Of a stretch of 64,000 nucleotides of DNA, positions 38,000-47,807 are shown in pieces. The notes under the pieces were generated by a model, which had not been told where the DNA came from, made no database searches, and worked only from the letters and a program-made list of their open reading frames with translations. The translations under genes and the position numbers were made by a program. The DNA lies in the NCBI GenBank assembly GCA_018267285.1, contig JAFDYU010000006.1, positions 14,194 to 78,193 of the forward strand, written 5' to 3'. Each line of letters starts with the position of its first letter. Position 1 is the stretch's first letter. The DNA comes from Bacteroidota bacterium. Its GTDB lineage: Bacteria; Bacteroidota; Bacteroidia; Cytophagales; Cyclobacteriaceae.

Positions 38000-38589
38000 G
38001 AATTAACAGAGCAATATCGTTTTTTAAGGAACATTCTTTAATTGATCTCTTAAGGAAGTTATTTTTCTTTTTTACGAAGAGGAGACAATATGTTGGTAGG
38101 CGTATTTTGAATGCATATAGATTTAAAAATTGGGATCTTGTTACAGGACGAAATATTTCAGTTCAGGGGCAGATATACAATATTAAAATAGGCGCGAACA
38201 CGAGTATATATGATAACTGTATTTTTGAATTTTCGGCCAAGGGTAAGGTGCTGATTGGGAGCCATGTGATTCTCTCTTATGGAGTGTTGATAGCTTGTAG
38301 CCAATCAGTCACAGTTGGCAACGATGTTCAAATAGGAGAATATACTTCGATACGAGATAGTACACATCAATACAAACTTGATGAGCGATCAATGAAGTAT
38401 ATGCCCGATATTGTGGCGCCAATTAGTATAGGTAATAATGTATGGATAGGTAGGGGGTGTTTGATACAGCCGGGAACTGTTATTGAAGATGGTGTTGTTG
38501 TGGCTGCAAATAGTGTGGTGAAGGGAAGATTACTATGTAATGGTATATACGGTGGCACACCAGCTAAATTGATAAAGTACAGAGAATAA
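37996..38589 (+). CDS. Hexapeptide-repeat (LbH) O-acetyltransferase
   Basis: Repeated [LIV]-G-x4 hexapeptides (IGSHVILSYGVLI…VGNDVQIGEYTSI…IGNNVWIGRGCLI). Confidence 0.8.
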   Translation: MRINRAISFFKEHSLIDLLRKLFFFFTKRRQYVGRRILNAYRFKNWDLVTGRNISVQGQIYNIKIGANTSIYDNCIFEFSAKGKVLIGSHVILSYGVLIACSQSVTVGNDVQIGEYTSIRDSTHQYKLDERSMKYMPDIVAPISIGNNVWIGRGCLIQPGTVIEDGVVVAANSVVKGRLLCNGIYGGTPAKLIKYRE

Positions 38590-38741
38590 TTGATTCGTGG
38601 TTTTGAAAAAACTACACAGGATGTTTCGGAAGTAGATTGGAGAGTTAACAACTTTCAATTCGTTAAAAGGGTTATTTTTGTTGAAAAAAAATTGAATCAA
38701 TTTAATTTAACAAGCAAGGATCAAATAAATAATACATTCAA

Positions 38742-39392
38742 ATGCCTGAGATCAAGAGCCAAAAGATTTATGTTCAATATGGGTGTGGTCTGTCAGCACC
38801 AAGCCAGTGGATTAATTTCGATGTATCTCCTACGCTAAGAATACAAAATACGATAGTGCTGGGTATGTTATTAAGAAAGCATCTCAACACTAAGTTTCCT
38901 AGTAATGTCAAGTACGGTGATATAATTACTGGGCTACCAATCGCAGATATGTCGTGTGATGGAATATATTGCTCACACGTATTGGAACACCTATCACTAA
39001 CTGATTTTAGAATTGCAATTCAAAATTCTTATAGACTTTTAAAGAAAGGGGGAATATTCAGATGTGTTGTTCCAGATTTGGAATATTCCGTAAAAGAGTA
39101 CCTCAGAATACTGAGTGCGGGAGACCACAGTGCCAGCCTGAAATTCATGAATGAAACGTTGCTCGGAATCAATATCCGGCCAAGAGGCTTAAGGGGTTTT
39201 ATTTCGTCCTTTTTTGGTAATTCTCGCCATCTGTGGATGTGGGATCATGCGTCTCTTACCGAAGAACTATTACAGGGAGGATTTTCGGAAATTCGAAAAT
39301 GTAAGTTTAATGACAGTATAGATGAAATGTTCAAGTACGTGGAAAGTGAAGGCAGATTTCAAAATGCAGTGGCACTAGAGTGTCGCAAATAG
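38742..39392 (+). CDS. SAM-dependent methyltransferase (Methyltransf_11-like)
   Basis: VQYGCGLSAP…, DGIYCSHVLEHL and LLKKGGIFRCVVPD. Confidence 0.7.
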   Translation: MPEIKSQKIYVQYGCGLSAPSQWINFDVSPTLRIQNTIVLGMLLRKHLNTKFPSNVKYGDIITGLPIADMSCDGIYCSHVLEHLSLTDFRIAIQNSYRLLKKGGIFRCVVPDLEYSVKEYLRILSAGDHSASLKFMNETLLGINIRPRGLRGFISSFFGNSRHLWMWDHASLTEELLQGGFSEIRKCKFNDSIDEMFKYVESEGRFQNAVALECRK

Positions 39393-39400
39393 AGCTATAT

Positions 39401-40171
39401 ATGAAAGTTCTAATTCTTGCTGGTGGCTTTGGTACACGCCTTAGTGAAGAGACCGAAGTTCGCCCGAAACCTATGGCTGAGATTGGTGGTAAGCCAATTC
39501 TCTGGCACATTATGAAAATTTACTCACACTATGGATTCAATGAATTTGTGCTGCTCTTGGGCTATAAAGGCTATCAGATAAAAGAATATTTTTTCAACTA
39601 CTATTTGCATCAAAGTGATGTAACGCTTGATCTCAGCACCAACAAGATGGATGTGCATAACAGCAACTCTGAACCATGGAAAATTACTTTGCTGGACACC
39701 GGATTGAATACGATGACCGGTGGCCGCATCAAGCGAGCGAAAGAATACATCAATAAAGAGCCTTTCTTGTTGACATATGGCGATGGTGTCGCTGATGTGA
39801 ACATTGCAAAGACGGTTGATTTTCATAAATCGCACAAGAAACTGCTTACGATGACCTCCGTGCAACCAGAGGGAAGATTTGGAGCGCTGTCTTTCGGTGC
39901 ATCTGATAAGGTTGATGCATTTATGGAGAAACCCAAGGGCGATGGTTCGTGGATTAATGGTGGATTCTTTGTATGTCAACCGGAAGTCATGAATTACATT
40001 GCAGGGGATGAAACGATATTTGAAAGAGAACCTCTGGAGCGTATGGCTTCGGAAGGGCAACTGTATTCGTACAAGCACGAGGGTTTCTGGAAATGCATGG
40101 ACACGCTACGCGATAAAAATCAATTAAATGAACTGTGGGATAGCAAAAACCCTAAATGGAAAGTATGGTAG
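39401..40171 (+). CDS. rfbF: Glucose-1-phosphate cytidylyltransferase
   Basis: MKVLILAGGFGTRLSEETEVRPKPMAEIGGKPILWHIMKIYSHYG…, WINGGFFV and FWKCMDTLRDK. Confidence 0.9.
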   Translation: MKVLILAGGFGTRLSEETEVRPKPMAEIGGKPILWHIMKIYSHYGFNEFVLLLGYKGYQIKEYFFNYYLHQSDVTLDLSTNKMDVHNSNSEPWKITLLDTGLNTMTGGRIKRAKEYINKEPFLLTYGDGVADVNIAKTVDFHKSHKKLLTMTSVQPEGRFGALSFGASDKVDAFMEKPKGDGSWINGGFFVCQPEVMNYIAGDETIFEREPLERMASEGQLYSYKHEGFWKCMDTLRDKNQLNELWDSKNPKWKVW

Positions 40172-41271
40172 GCTTTGGTAATGTTTTCGCGAACAAGAAA
40201 GTAATAGTTACGGGCAACACTGGCTTCAAAGGAGCGTGGCTAACGGTGTGGCTCTTGAAATTGGGAGCAAAGGTAGTGGGAATTTCCAAAGATGTTCCTA
40301 CCAGTCCATCTATGTTTGGAGTGCTTGACCTGAAAAACAAAATCAAGCACTACGAGAAAGATATCCGCGATATCGAGACGATGAAAAAAATTTTTGATAG
40401 CGAGAAGCCAGATTTTGTTTTCCATTTGGCTGCCCAACCAATTGTTTCTGAATCGTATACCAACCCCATTGAGACAATCACAAGTAATGTAGTAGGCACC
40501 GCGAATATTCTTGAAGCACTGCGCGGATTGAAAAACCGTTGCAATGCCGTGATCATCACGAGCGATAAGTGTTATGATAACGTGGAGTGGACCTGGGGTT
40601 ATCGCGAGAACGACCCTTTGGGAGGAAAAGATCCTTATAGCGCATCAAAAGGCGGAGCGGAGCTAATGGTGAAAACTTATTTCCATTCTTTCTTTTCAAA
40701 ACCGGAAAGTAATATCAAGTTGGTATCAGTGCGGGCGGGTAATGTGATTGGTGGTGGCGATTGGGCGGTAAATAGAATTGTGCCCGATTGCATTCGAGCG
40801 TGGGTTCAGAATAAACCTGTGGAACTAAGGAATCCAAATGCTACGCGCCCATGGCAACACGTACTCGAACCGCTGAGTGGCTATTTGCGAAGCGCACAGC
40901 AACTTGCACAAACTCCTGATAAGGGCCATGGTGAGGCATATAATTTTGGGCCTAACGCAGACCAAAGTCATACCGTGTTTGAGCTTCTTAAAGAAATGTC
41001 TACTTATTGGAAATCGAATGAGCTAAATGAGTACTTCATATTGAACGAAGTCAAGAATTTCCACGAAGCAGGGCTACTGAAGTTGAATTGCGATAAAGCT
41101 TTGCACGACATGAGATGGAAGCCTGTATTTAATTTTAATCAAGCAGCCGAGTTCACAGCGTTGTGGTACATTCAATTTTATTCTAAGTCTGCTATTTTTG
41201 ATTTTACACAGCAGCAGATAACTGAGTATACACGCATTGCAGCAACGAAAAACTTGTCGTGGGCCCAATGA
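40156..41271 (+). CDS. rfbG: CDP-glucose 4,6-dehydratase
   Basis: KKVIVTGNTGFKGAWLTVWL, SDKCY and YSASKGGAEL, at 371 aa. Confidence 0.9.
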   Translation: MESMVGFGNVFANKKVIVTGNTGFKGAWLTVWLLKLGAKVVGISKDVPTSPSMFGVLDLKNKIKHYEKDIRDIETMKKIFDSEKPDFVFHLAAQPIVSESYTNPIETITSNVVGTANILEALRGLKNRCNAVIITSDKCYDNVEWTWGYRENDPLGGKDPYSASKGGAELMVKTYFHSFFSKPESNIKLVSVRAGNVIGGGDWAVNRIVPDCIRAWVQNKPVELRNPNATRPWQHVLEPLSGYLRSAQQLAQTPDKGHGEAYNFGPNADQSHTVFELLKEMSTYWKSNELNEYFILNEVKNFHEAGLLKLNCDKALHDMRWKPVFNFNQAAEFTALWYIQFYSKSAIFDFTQQQITEYTRIAATKNLSWAQ

Positions 41272-41702
41272 AAGGAGTGGTCGTTACACTGCTGAAGAAA
41301 ATTCCGGGTGAACTGGGCGATGTTCGCCATGGCCTAAAGCAAAGCGACAGCGACTTTCAATCTTTTGGTGAAGCGTATTTCTCTACGGTAAAAAAAGGAT
41401 ATGTAAAAGGATGGAAGAAACATCAACGAATGGTGTTGAACCTGATTGTGGCCGAGGGGAAAATCAGATTTATTATTTACGATGACCGCCAAGGCAGTGA
41501 GACCCAAGGTCAATACTTTCAGATTACTCTTTCTCCGGCTGAGAATTACTCTCGTCTCACGATTCAGCCTGGCCTGTGGCTTGCTTTCGAAGGTGTTGGT
41601 GATGGAAATAATTTACTTCTCAATATTGCATCAATAGAACACGATCCGACAGAGGCAGAAAGTAGCTCTGTGACAGATGGTAAAATAAAATTGCCGATAT
41701 AA
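41268..41702 (+). CDS. Small RmlC-like cupin, putative CDP-4-keto-6-deoxyhexose epimerase
   Basis: 144 aa. …GWKKHQRMVLNLIVAEGKIRFIIYDDRQGSETQGQY… resembles the His-containing core strands of dTDP-4-dehydrorhamnose 3,5-epimerase-type cupins. ATGA overlap with rfbG. Confidence 0.5.
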   Translation: MKGVVVTLLKKIPGELGDVRHGLKQSDSDFQSFGEAYFSTVKKGYVKGWKKHQRMVLNLIVAEGKIRFIIYDDRQGSETQGQYFQITLSPAENYSRLTIQPGLWLAFEGVGDGNNLLLNIASIEHDPTEAESSSVTDGKIKLPI

Positions 41703-42637
41703 TGAGAAAAATTCTCATCACCGGTGGCTTAGGGTATGTCGGAGGAAGATTGGCGCAAGAACTGTCTAAATCCAACGTAGTTATTTTGAGTTCTAGAAAT
41801 GAGCCGCCAGCCGAAGCGAAGGCTTTGCTAAAAACAACCTCGTTTCTAAAACACGATTCTTTACTTAGCCCCACTTCTTTTCCAGAGGATATTGACGTAG
41901 TTATTCACTTAGCGGCATTGAATGAAATTGATTCTGTGCAGCAACCTGACCTGGCCATTGAAGTCAACATAAACCAAACAAGGAAAATACTTGAGAATGC
42001 AATCACTCGGAGAGTGAAGAGATTTATTTACTTCTCCACCATTCATGTGTATGGTAAATCCCTTGCCGGTGAAATAGACGAGCAAACCTTGCCAAGGCCA
42101 ACACATCCGTATGCCATTACACATCGCGCGGCAGAAGATTATGTTATTGCTGCAAATGACCAGGGAAAGATTAATGGTATTGTAGTGCGACTCTCGAATT
42201 CATTTGGTACCCCCATTTTGCCAAACGTTAATAGATGGACTTTACTTGTCAACGACATTTGTCGTCAGGCGGTGACAACGCGTCAGATAAAACTAAGCTC
42301 CAATGGATGTCAGTATAGGGATTTTGTTACTTTGAACGATGTGACGGCAGCTACGAAATTTTTATTGAGTGATTCTACTGCAAATGGGATTTATAATTTA
42401 TCATCGGGCGTTTCAATGCCTGTGATGAAGATGGCGGAATTAGTTCAGCGAGCTGCAGAAAAAACAGTAGACACTCATATTCCTATTTCCTTGCCTGAAG
42501 GAAGTAACCCCACTCAAGAAATTTTTTATGTCATTAAGTCAAAACGACTAACCGAAGCAGGGTTTATTACCGCTAACCATTTTGAAGATGAGATAGACCA
42601 GCTCGCTGGCTTTTGTAAGAAGTATTTTGGAAGCTGA
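41702..42637 (+). CDS. NAD(P)-dependent epimerase/dehydratase-family SDR, putative 4-ketoreductase
   Basis: ILITGGLGYVGGRL Rossmann motif and a YAITH (YxxxK-like region). 311 aa. TAATG overlap with the cupin gene. Confidence 0.7.
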   Translation: MRKILITGGLGYVGGRLAQELSKSNVVILSSRNEPPAEAKALLKTTSFLKHDSLLSPTSFPEDIDVVIHLAALNEIDSVQQPDLAIEVNINQTRKILENAITRRVKRFIYFSTIHVYGKSLAGEIDEQTLPRPTHPYAITHRAAEDYVIAANDQGKINGIVVRLSNSFGTPILPNVNRWTLLVNDICRQAVTTRQIKLSSNGCQYRDFVTLNDVTAATKFLLSDSTANGIYNLSSGVSMPVMKMAELVQRAAEKTVDTHIPISLPEGSNPTQEIFYVIKSKRLTEAGFITANHFEDEIDQLAGFCKKYFGS

Positions 42638-42645
42638 AACTTAAG

Positions 42646-43830
42646 ATGCAATCAAGTAAAACCAAAAGAGAAAGTAGAACCGCGATAGTGGCGGTTTATT
42701 CGCACGCTGAATTTTATCCTCCTACGCTGAATGCCCTGCATTTGCTTTCGCCTCGATTCGATAAGATCTATGTATTGTGCAGAAATGTTTTGGTTAGTAC
42801 ATGGAAATATCCGAAAAATGTAGAATTGATTGTTGTGAGTGAATTCGATACGATTGATAACACCACGAAGTATTCTTTTGTAAAAAAGCTTTGGTCATAC
42901 TTTCAGTTTGGAAATAAGTTAAGGGAGTTAACTAAAATACATAAGCCAAGTTTGGTTCTGGTTTATGATACGATACCGTTTGCCTTGTATTGCCTTTTTA
43001 AAAAACGACTGCCGAGAAAAGAGCCATTTGTTTGGTATCACAACCACGATGTGACGGCTAAGAGCGAGTTAGGTAAGTTTAGTATTGCAAAATTGTTTCT
43101 GTTGATCGAGAGAAAGAATTTCCGCAAACTGGATCTTTTTACGCTGCCCACGAAAGCCAGGCTTGAATTTTTTCCTGTTGATAAATTAAGAAGCCAACTG
43201 GTTATCCTTCCAAACTATCCTTCCAAAACGCTCTTTGGAAAGTGGAGAAGTGAAACAAAAGCTGGTGAGGCCTTCAAGATCATTTTTCAAGGACACATTA
43301 GCAGTCTCATGGACATTGAGGAGTTTGTAAAACAGCTTCCGCATAAAGTGATGGATAAACAGATTGAATTGCATCTGGTCGGCCCCATATCAGAACAGTA
43401 TAAAATGAAATTGCTTCAGCAGGCCAATGAACTTGACGTGAAAAAGTGGTTATATATCTATGGAAGGATTCCTTATGATCAGCTTCCAAAATTGACGGCA
43501 TCATGCCATATTGGTGTGGCCATCTATCCACCACACAACTCAATGACAAGAACAATGAGTACGGCATCGAATAAGATATTTGAATATGCATCCGTGGGCT
43601 TGCCTGTGCTGCTCAACGAGCGAGAAGATTTCCGAACCGAATTTTCAAGTTATCGGTGGATTAAATTTTTGAAAAATATTGAAATAAACGAAATTCAAGT
43701 TGTTTTGGAATCCTTAATTCAGGATTACGAATTTATATCTGAGCAAGCGGTGAAAGACTTTCAACGAGAACTAAACTATGAATTTGTGTTTGGACAAGTA
43801 AACAATGTATTAGTCGAAAAGTTATGGTGA
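42646..43830 (+). CDS. Glycosyltransferase (GT-B fold, GT4-like)
   Basis: 394 aa. The C-terminal half has the GT-B EX7E-like region (…SNKIFEYASVGLPVLL…). Confidence 0.6.
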   Translation: MQSSKTKRESRTAIVAVYSHAEFYPPTLNALHLLSPRFDKIYVLCRNVLVSTWKYPKNVELIVVSEFDTIDNTTKYSFVKKLWSYFQFGNKLRELTKIHKPSLVLVYDTIPFALYCLFKKRLPRKEPFVWYHNHDVTAKSELGKFSIAKLFLLIERKNFRKLDLFTLPTKARLEFFPVDKLRSQLVILPNYPSKTLFGKWRSETKAGEAFKIIFQGHISSLMDIEEFVKQLPHKVMDKQIELHLVGPISEQYKMKLLQQANELDVKKWLYIYGRIPYDQLPKLTASCHIGVAIYPPHNSMTRTMSTASNKIFEYASVGLPVLLNEREDFRTEFSSYRWIKFLKNIEINEIQVVLESLIQDYEFISEQAVKDFQRELNYEFVFGQVNNVLVEKLW

Positions 43831-44981
43831 TATTGTCCACCATCCCCAAACTCGATGCGTTTATGATGGCGGAAGACCTAAATCAACGAAACATGCTTGC
43901 GCATTTGTACACAGGCTTTGCCTCGCAAAAGGAGAGATGGGTCAATAAAATTATAAAGAGACGGGATTCAGAGAAAATTGATTTAAATCTGATTTCAGAC
44001 TTTTGGTTGCTTCAGGCGCTGCAACGTGTTCAACCAAGCTCTATATACAATGATTTATTTGATAGATTGGTGGCGAGTCGGATAGAAAGCCGAAACGACT
44101 ATAAGGCAGTTATGACGTGGAGTGGTATGGGAGAACGCACTTTGAGAATAGCAAAAAAGAAAAATAAATTTTTAATGGTAGCCCGCTACTCCTGCCACAT
44201 TGAATCTCAAAATGAAATTCTCTGGTCTGAATTTTCAAAGTATGGTAAGGAGTATAAAGGAGACAGTCGCATCACTAGGAAAGAGCTTGCTGAATATCAA
44301 CTAGCCGATTGCATTTATGTTTGTTCCTCATTCATCAAAAAATCTTTTATTGATAGAGGTATAGACGAAAAAAAAATATTTGTCAACCCTATTCCTCTTT
44401 CGAATTTGTTCAAGCCAAGTTACGATTTGGTTCAAAAAACAAAGTCGAAGTTTACAATTCTTTTTTTGGGAAAACTTAGTATCCGCAAGGGGCTAAAGTA
44501 TTTGTTTGAAGCGTTGAAAAAAGTTAACATAAATGATTCTGATTTCGAGGTTTGGTTTGTTGGAGGAGCTGATAAGGAAATCCGCGAAGAATTTGAACAG
44601 AAAAAAAAGCCGAATTGGAAGTACCTCGGATTTGTGCAACAGCAAGAATTGCCAAAACTAATAGCACAAGCCGATGTTGGTGTATTCCCATCTATAGAAG
44701 ATGGATTTGCACAGGTGGTTCCTCAGCAACTTTCATGTGGCGTACCAGTAATTACCACGACACATACGGGCGCATCAGATGTCATAAGGGAGGGCTATAA
44801 TGGATTTGTAGTACCACCTTTTGATTCAGATTCTATCGCCCAATGGATCACAAAATTGTATGATGATAGTCAATTGCTTTCTGCTATGAAAGCAAATGCA
44901 ATAAAAATTACAGACGAAGCCTTGTCGAAAGATGTAATCTTTGGTCGGTTAGTGTCTAAAATCAAAGACAATATTGCATAA
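43824..44981 (+). CDS. Glycosyltransferase family 4
   Basis: FLGKLSIRKGLKYL…, FPSIEDGFAQVVPQQLSCGVPVITT and a GFVVP motif. Confidence 0.8.
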   Translation: MVILSTIPKLDAFMMAEDLNQRNMLAHLYTGFASQKERWVNKIIKRRDSEKIDLNLISDFWLLQALQRVQPSSIYNDLFDRLVASRIESRNDYKAVMTWSGMGERTLRIAKKKNKFLMVARYSCHIESQNEILWSEFSKYGKEYKGDSRITRKELAEYQLADCIYVCSSFIKKSFIDRGIDEKKIFVNPIPLSNLFKPSYDLVQKTKSKFTILFLGKLSIRKGLKYLFEALKKVNINDSDFEVWFVGGADKEIREEFEQKKKPNWKYLGFVQQQELPKLIAQADVGVFPSIEDGFAQVVPQQLSCGVPVITTTHTGASDVIREGYNGFVVPPFDSDSIAQWITKLYDDSQLLSAMKANAIKITDEALSKDVIFGRLVSKIKDNIA

Positions 44982-46044
44982 TATGAGACTTCTCGTTTCC
45001 GGATCAAAAAAGAATACAAATACTGTCGGAGCTTTTATTTACAGCAACATAGACAACTTCATTCATTTTGAAATTCTGTCTTTCCCCGATCGATTTACGG
45101 AACTGATGGAATCACTACCCATGCGTTTTATTTACCTTTTTTTCCCAAGACTGATTGTGGATAGGATGGATAAGCTATTTGTGAATCAGGTAAAGCATTT
45201 TAAGCCAGATGCAGTATTAATTCTGAAAGGAATGGAGATCAGTAAGCGATCTTTGTCAGAGGTGCAAAAACTAAATGTCAAGTTGGTAAATTATAATTTG
45301 GATCACCCGTTCACGCACTTCTCTAAAGGAACAGGAAACAGGTTTGTAGAAGAGGCGATACCGTATTATGATCTTCATATTTCATATAGCTCAATCATTG
45401 CACAGCAACTTCACGAACACTATGGTGTAAGGACAGCAGTTCTTCCATTTGGTTACCAATTAACAGATCAGCAATTTGAAAAAATAATTCAAAATGAACC
45501 ATCTGAGATTAACGAAGTGTGTTTTGTGGGCAACCCGGATGAGCTGCGAATAACCGCATTCAAAGAATTAATGAAATCCAAAATCAAAGTAAACCTCTAT
45601 GGTTTCGGATGGGAAAAATCTTTTGAAGAGTCTGAGTGGGTAACAATTCACAAACCAAGAAAGGGTGGTTCATTTTGGGCAGATCCCTTGGAATTTTGGA
45701 AAGTGATAAGACAGTATCGTGTTCAGTTAAATTTCTTTAGACCCCATAATGAAGGCTCGCATAATTTGCGCACCTTTGAAGTTCCATCTGTAGGTGGTAT
45801 ACTTTTAACCCCTGACAGTGGTGAACAAAGACAGTTTTTCGAGGGGGACAGTGAAATATTTTTTTATTCTGATATCACCGATATGATAAATCAGTGCCGC
45901 AGACTTTTGAACATGAATCAGAGTCAAGTATATCAGATCAGAGAAAATGCGCGAAGTAAATCTGTTTCAAAAGACTATTCTTATAAAAGAAGAACGAATG
46001 ACTTGGTGCAATTGCTCTCCACCTTAATCGAAGAAAAAAAATAA
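44974..46044 (+). CDS. CgeB-family/DUF3880-like glycosyltransferase-fold protein
   Basis: 356 aa. The C-terminal NLRTFEVPSVGGILLT…FFEGDSEIFFY is typical of Glyco_trans_1_2 / CgeB-like proteins. Confidence 0.55.
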   Translation: MHNMRLLVSGSKKNTNTVGAFIYSNIDNFIHFEILSFPDRFTELMESLPMRFIYLFFPRLIVDRMDKLFVNQVKHFKPDAVLILKGMEISKRSLSEVQKLNVKLVNYNLDHPFTHFSKGTGNRFVEEAIPYYDLHISYSSIIAQQLHEHYGVRTAVLPFGYQLTDQQFEKIIQNEPSEINEVCFVGNPDELRITAFKELMKSKIKVNLYGFGWEKSFEESEWVTIHKPRKGGSFWADPLEFWKVIRQYRVQLNFFRPHNEGSHNLRTFEVPSVGGILLTPDSGEQRQFFEGDSEIFFYSDITDMINQCRRLLNMNQSQVYQIRENARSKSVSKDYSYKRRTNDLVQLLSTLIEEKK

Positions 46045-46064
46045 GACCGTTAGCACCTGTAATA

Positions 46065-47159
46065 ATGATTCCAATTTCACAGCCCTCCATAACAAGAAAG
46101 GAAATTGATTACGTCACCGATGCAGTTAAATCTACGTGGATATCCTCTTTAGGAAAATACATTGACCAATTTGAAGCGGAGTTTGCAAAGTTTTGCGGAA
46201 CTGAATATGCCATCGCAGTATCTAATGGTACAGTGGCTATTCATCTGGCGTTGATTGGAAATAGGATTGGACCTGATGATGAAGTGATCATACCCAACCT
46301 AACATTTGTTGCAACGGCAAATGCCGTTTTACATGCGGGCGCTAAACCTGTAATTGTCGACATCGATCCATATAATTGGTGTATCGATCCGGCTTCTATT
46401 GAAAAGGCGATTACCCCCAAAACAAAAGCAATCATGCCCGTGCATTTGTACGGCCATCCAGCCGACATGAAAAGAATCTTGGAGATAGCTGATCAACATA
46501 AATTGATAGTTATAGAGGATGCGGCAGAAGCTCACGGAGCAAAAGCATACGGAAAGACTGTAGGGGGTTGGGGCAAATGTGCTACGTTCAGCTTTTACGG
46601 CAATAAGAACCTAACCACGGGCGAAGGCGGGATGATCACCACCAACGATAAGGAACTCAATGCTCGGTGCCGTTACTTGCGAGATCATGCCATGAGCAAA
46701 GAAAAAAGATACTGGCACACCGAGGTTGGGTTTAATTACCGGATGACAAACATTCAGGCAGCTTTGGGTTGTGCACAACTCGAACGCATAAGTGAACTCA
46801 TGCTGAAAAGACAGCAACTATTTAATTGGTACCAACGTGAATTGAAAGATGTAAAAGGAGTGGGGTTGAATCGCACGAGTGAATGGGCCACTAATTCGTA
46901 TTGGCTTATCTGCATGTATTACAGTGAGTGGAATGAAAATGAAAGAGATCAATTTATTGCAAAGTTGAAGAGTAAAGGCGTAGATTCGCGTCCATTTTTC
47001 TATCCTCTTTCTATGATGCCGTATCTGAATCAACAGGTAAATACATCGGTAACCATGAATACTTACGTGAAAGGTATTAACTTGCCTACCTACTTTGACT
47101 TGAAAGAAAAAGAAGTCGAGATAGTTTGTCGTGAAATAAAAGCAATCTTAAATGGGTGA
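46065..47159 (+). CDS. DegT/DnrJ/EryC1/StrS-family PLP-dependent sugar aminotransferase
   Basis: IPISQPSITRKEIDYV…, AVSNGTVAIHLAL, a FSFYGNKNLTTGEGG lysine motif and GFNYRMTNIQAALG. Confidence 0.88.
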   Translation: MIPISQPSITRKEIDYVTDAVKSTWISSLGKYIDQFEAEFAKFCGTEYAIAVSNGTVAIHLALIGNRIGPDDEVIIPNLTFVATANAVLHAGAKPVIVDIDPYNWCIDPASIEKAITPKTKAIMPVHLYGHPADMKRILEIADQHKLIVIEDAAEAHGAKAYGKTVGGWGKCATFSFYGNKNLTTGEGGMITTNDKELNARCRYLRDHAMSKEKRYWHTEVGFNYRMTNIQAALGCAQLERISELMLKRQQLFNWYQRELKDVKGVGLNRTSEWATNSYWLICMYYSEWNENERDQFIAKLKSKGVDSRPFFYPLSMMPYLNQQVNTSVTMNTYVKGINLPTYFDLKEKEVEIVCREIKAILNG

Positions 47160-47805
47160 TGAGTTTCTTGGTTTCATCGAATTCTTAATTAGAAATATCA
47201 GCGGGCGAATTGGACGCGCAATACGCTATTCTTATTATCGGAGGCGATTGGGCAGTTGTGGTAAGGGTGTGATTATAGAGCAGGGTGTATTTTTTCAAAG
47301 TCCTAAATCAATTTTTCTTGGAGATTATGTATGGATCGATAAGTATGTCCTTCTTATCGCTGGGCCGTTCTCACCATCTGGCCGAAAGTTTCACAATAAA
47401 GTAAATAAGAGTTACAGTGGTAAGCCTGGCCATTTGAGAATCAGTAACGGAGCTCACATCGCTCCGTTTGTTCTTCTTCAATCGCACGCAGGCCTTTCCA
47501 TTGGAAAAAATGTAACTATAGCATCAGGTGCAAAAGTGTACACATTATCTCATCACTACCGAAACTTGAATGATCCGCAAGACCAGAAGCGTTATTCTTT
47601 TTCTTCGATGGCTCCAAAGGAGGATCAATTTTTGATTGCGTCTCCTGTGGCAATCGGTGATCACGCTGCTGTTGGCTTGAACTCCGTAGTCTTACCCGGA
47701 ACTACGATTAGTGATGGTACTTGGCTTGGCGTACTCACGCATGTGGAAAGCAAGGTCACTGAAAGTAATGCAATATATACGGCAGAGCCGAACAGCAAAA
47801 AATAA
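47152..47805 (+). CDS. Hexapeptide-repeat acyl/acetyltransferase
   Basis: LbH repeats (ISNGAHIAPFVLL…IGKNVTIASGAKV…IGDHAAVGLNSVV). Overlaps the aminotransferase stop. Confidence 0.75.
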   Translation: MGDEFLGFIEFLIRNISGRIGRAIRYSYYRRRLGSCGKGVIIEQGVFFQSPKSIFLGDYVWIDKYVLLIAGPFSPSGRKFHNKVNKSYSGKPGHLRISNGAHIAPFVLLQSHAGLSIGKNVTIASGAKVYTLSHHYRNLNDPQDQKRYSFSSMAPKEDQFLIASPVAIGDHAAVGLNSVVLPGTTISDGTWLGVLTHVESKVTESNAIYTAEPNSKK

Positions 47806-47807
47806 CC

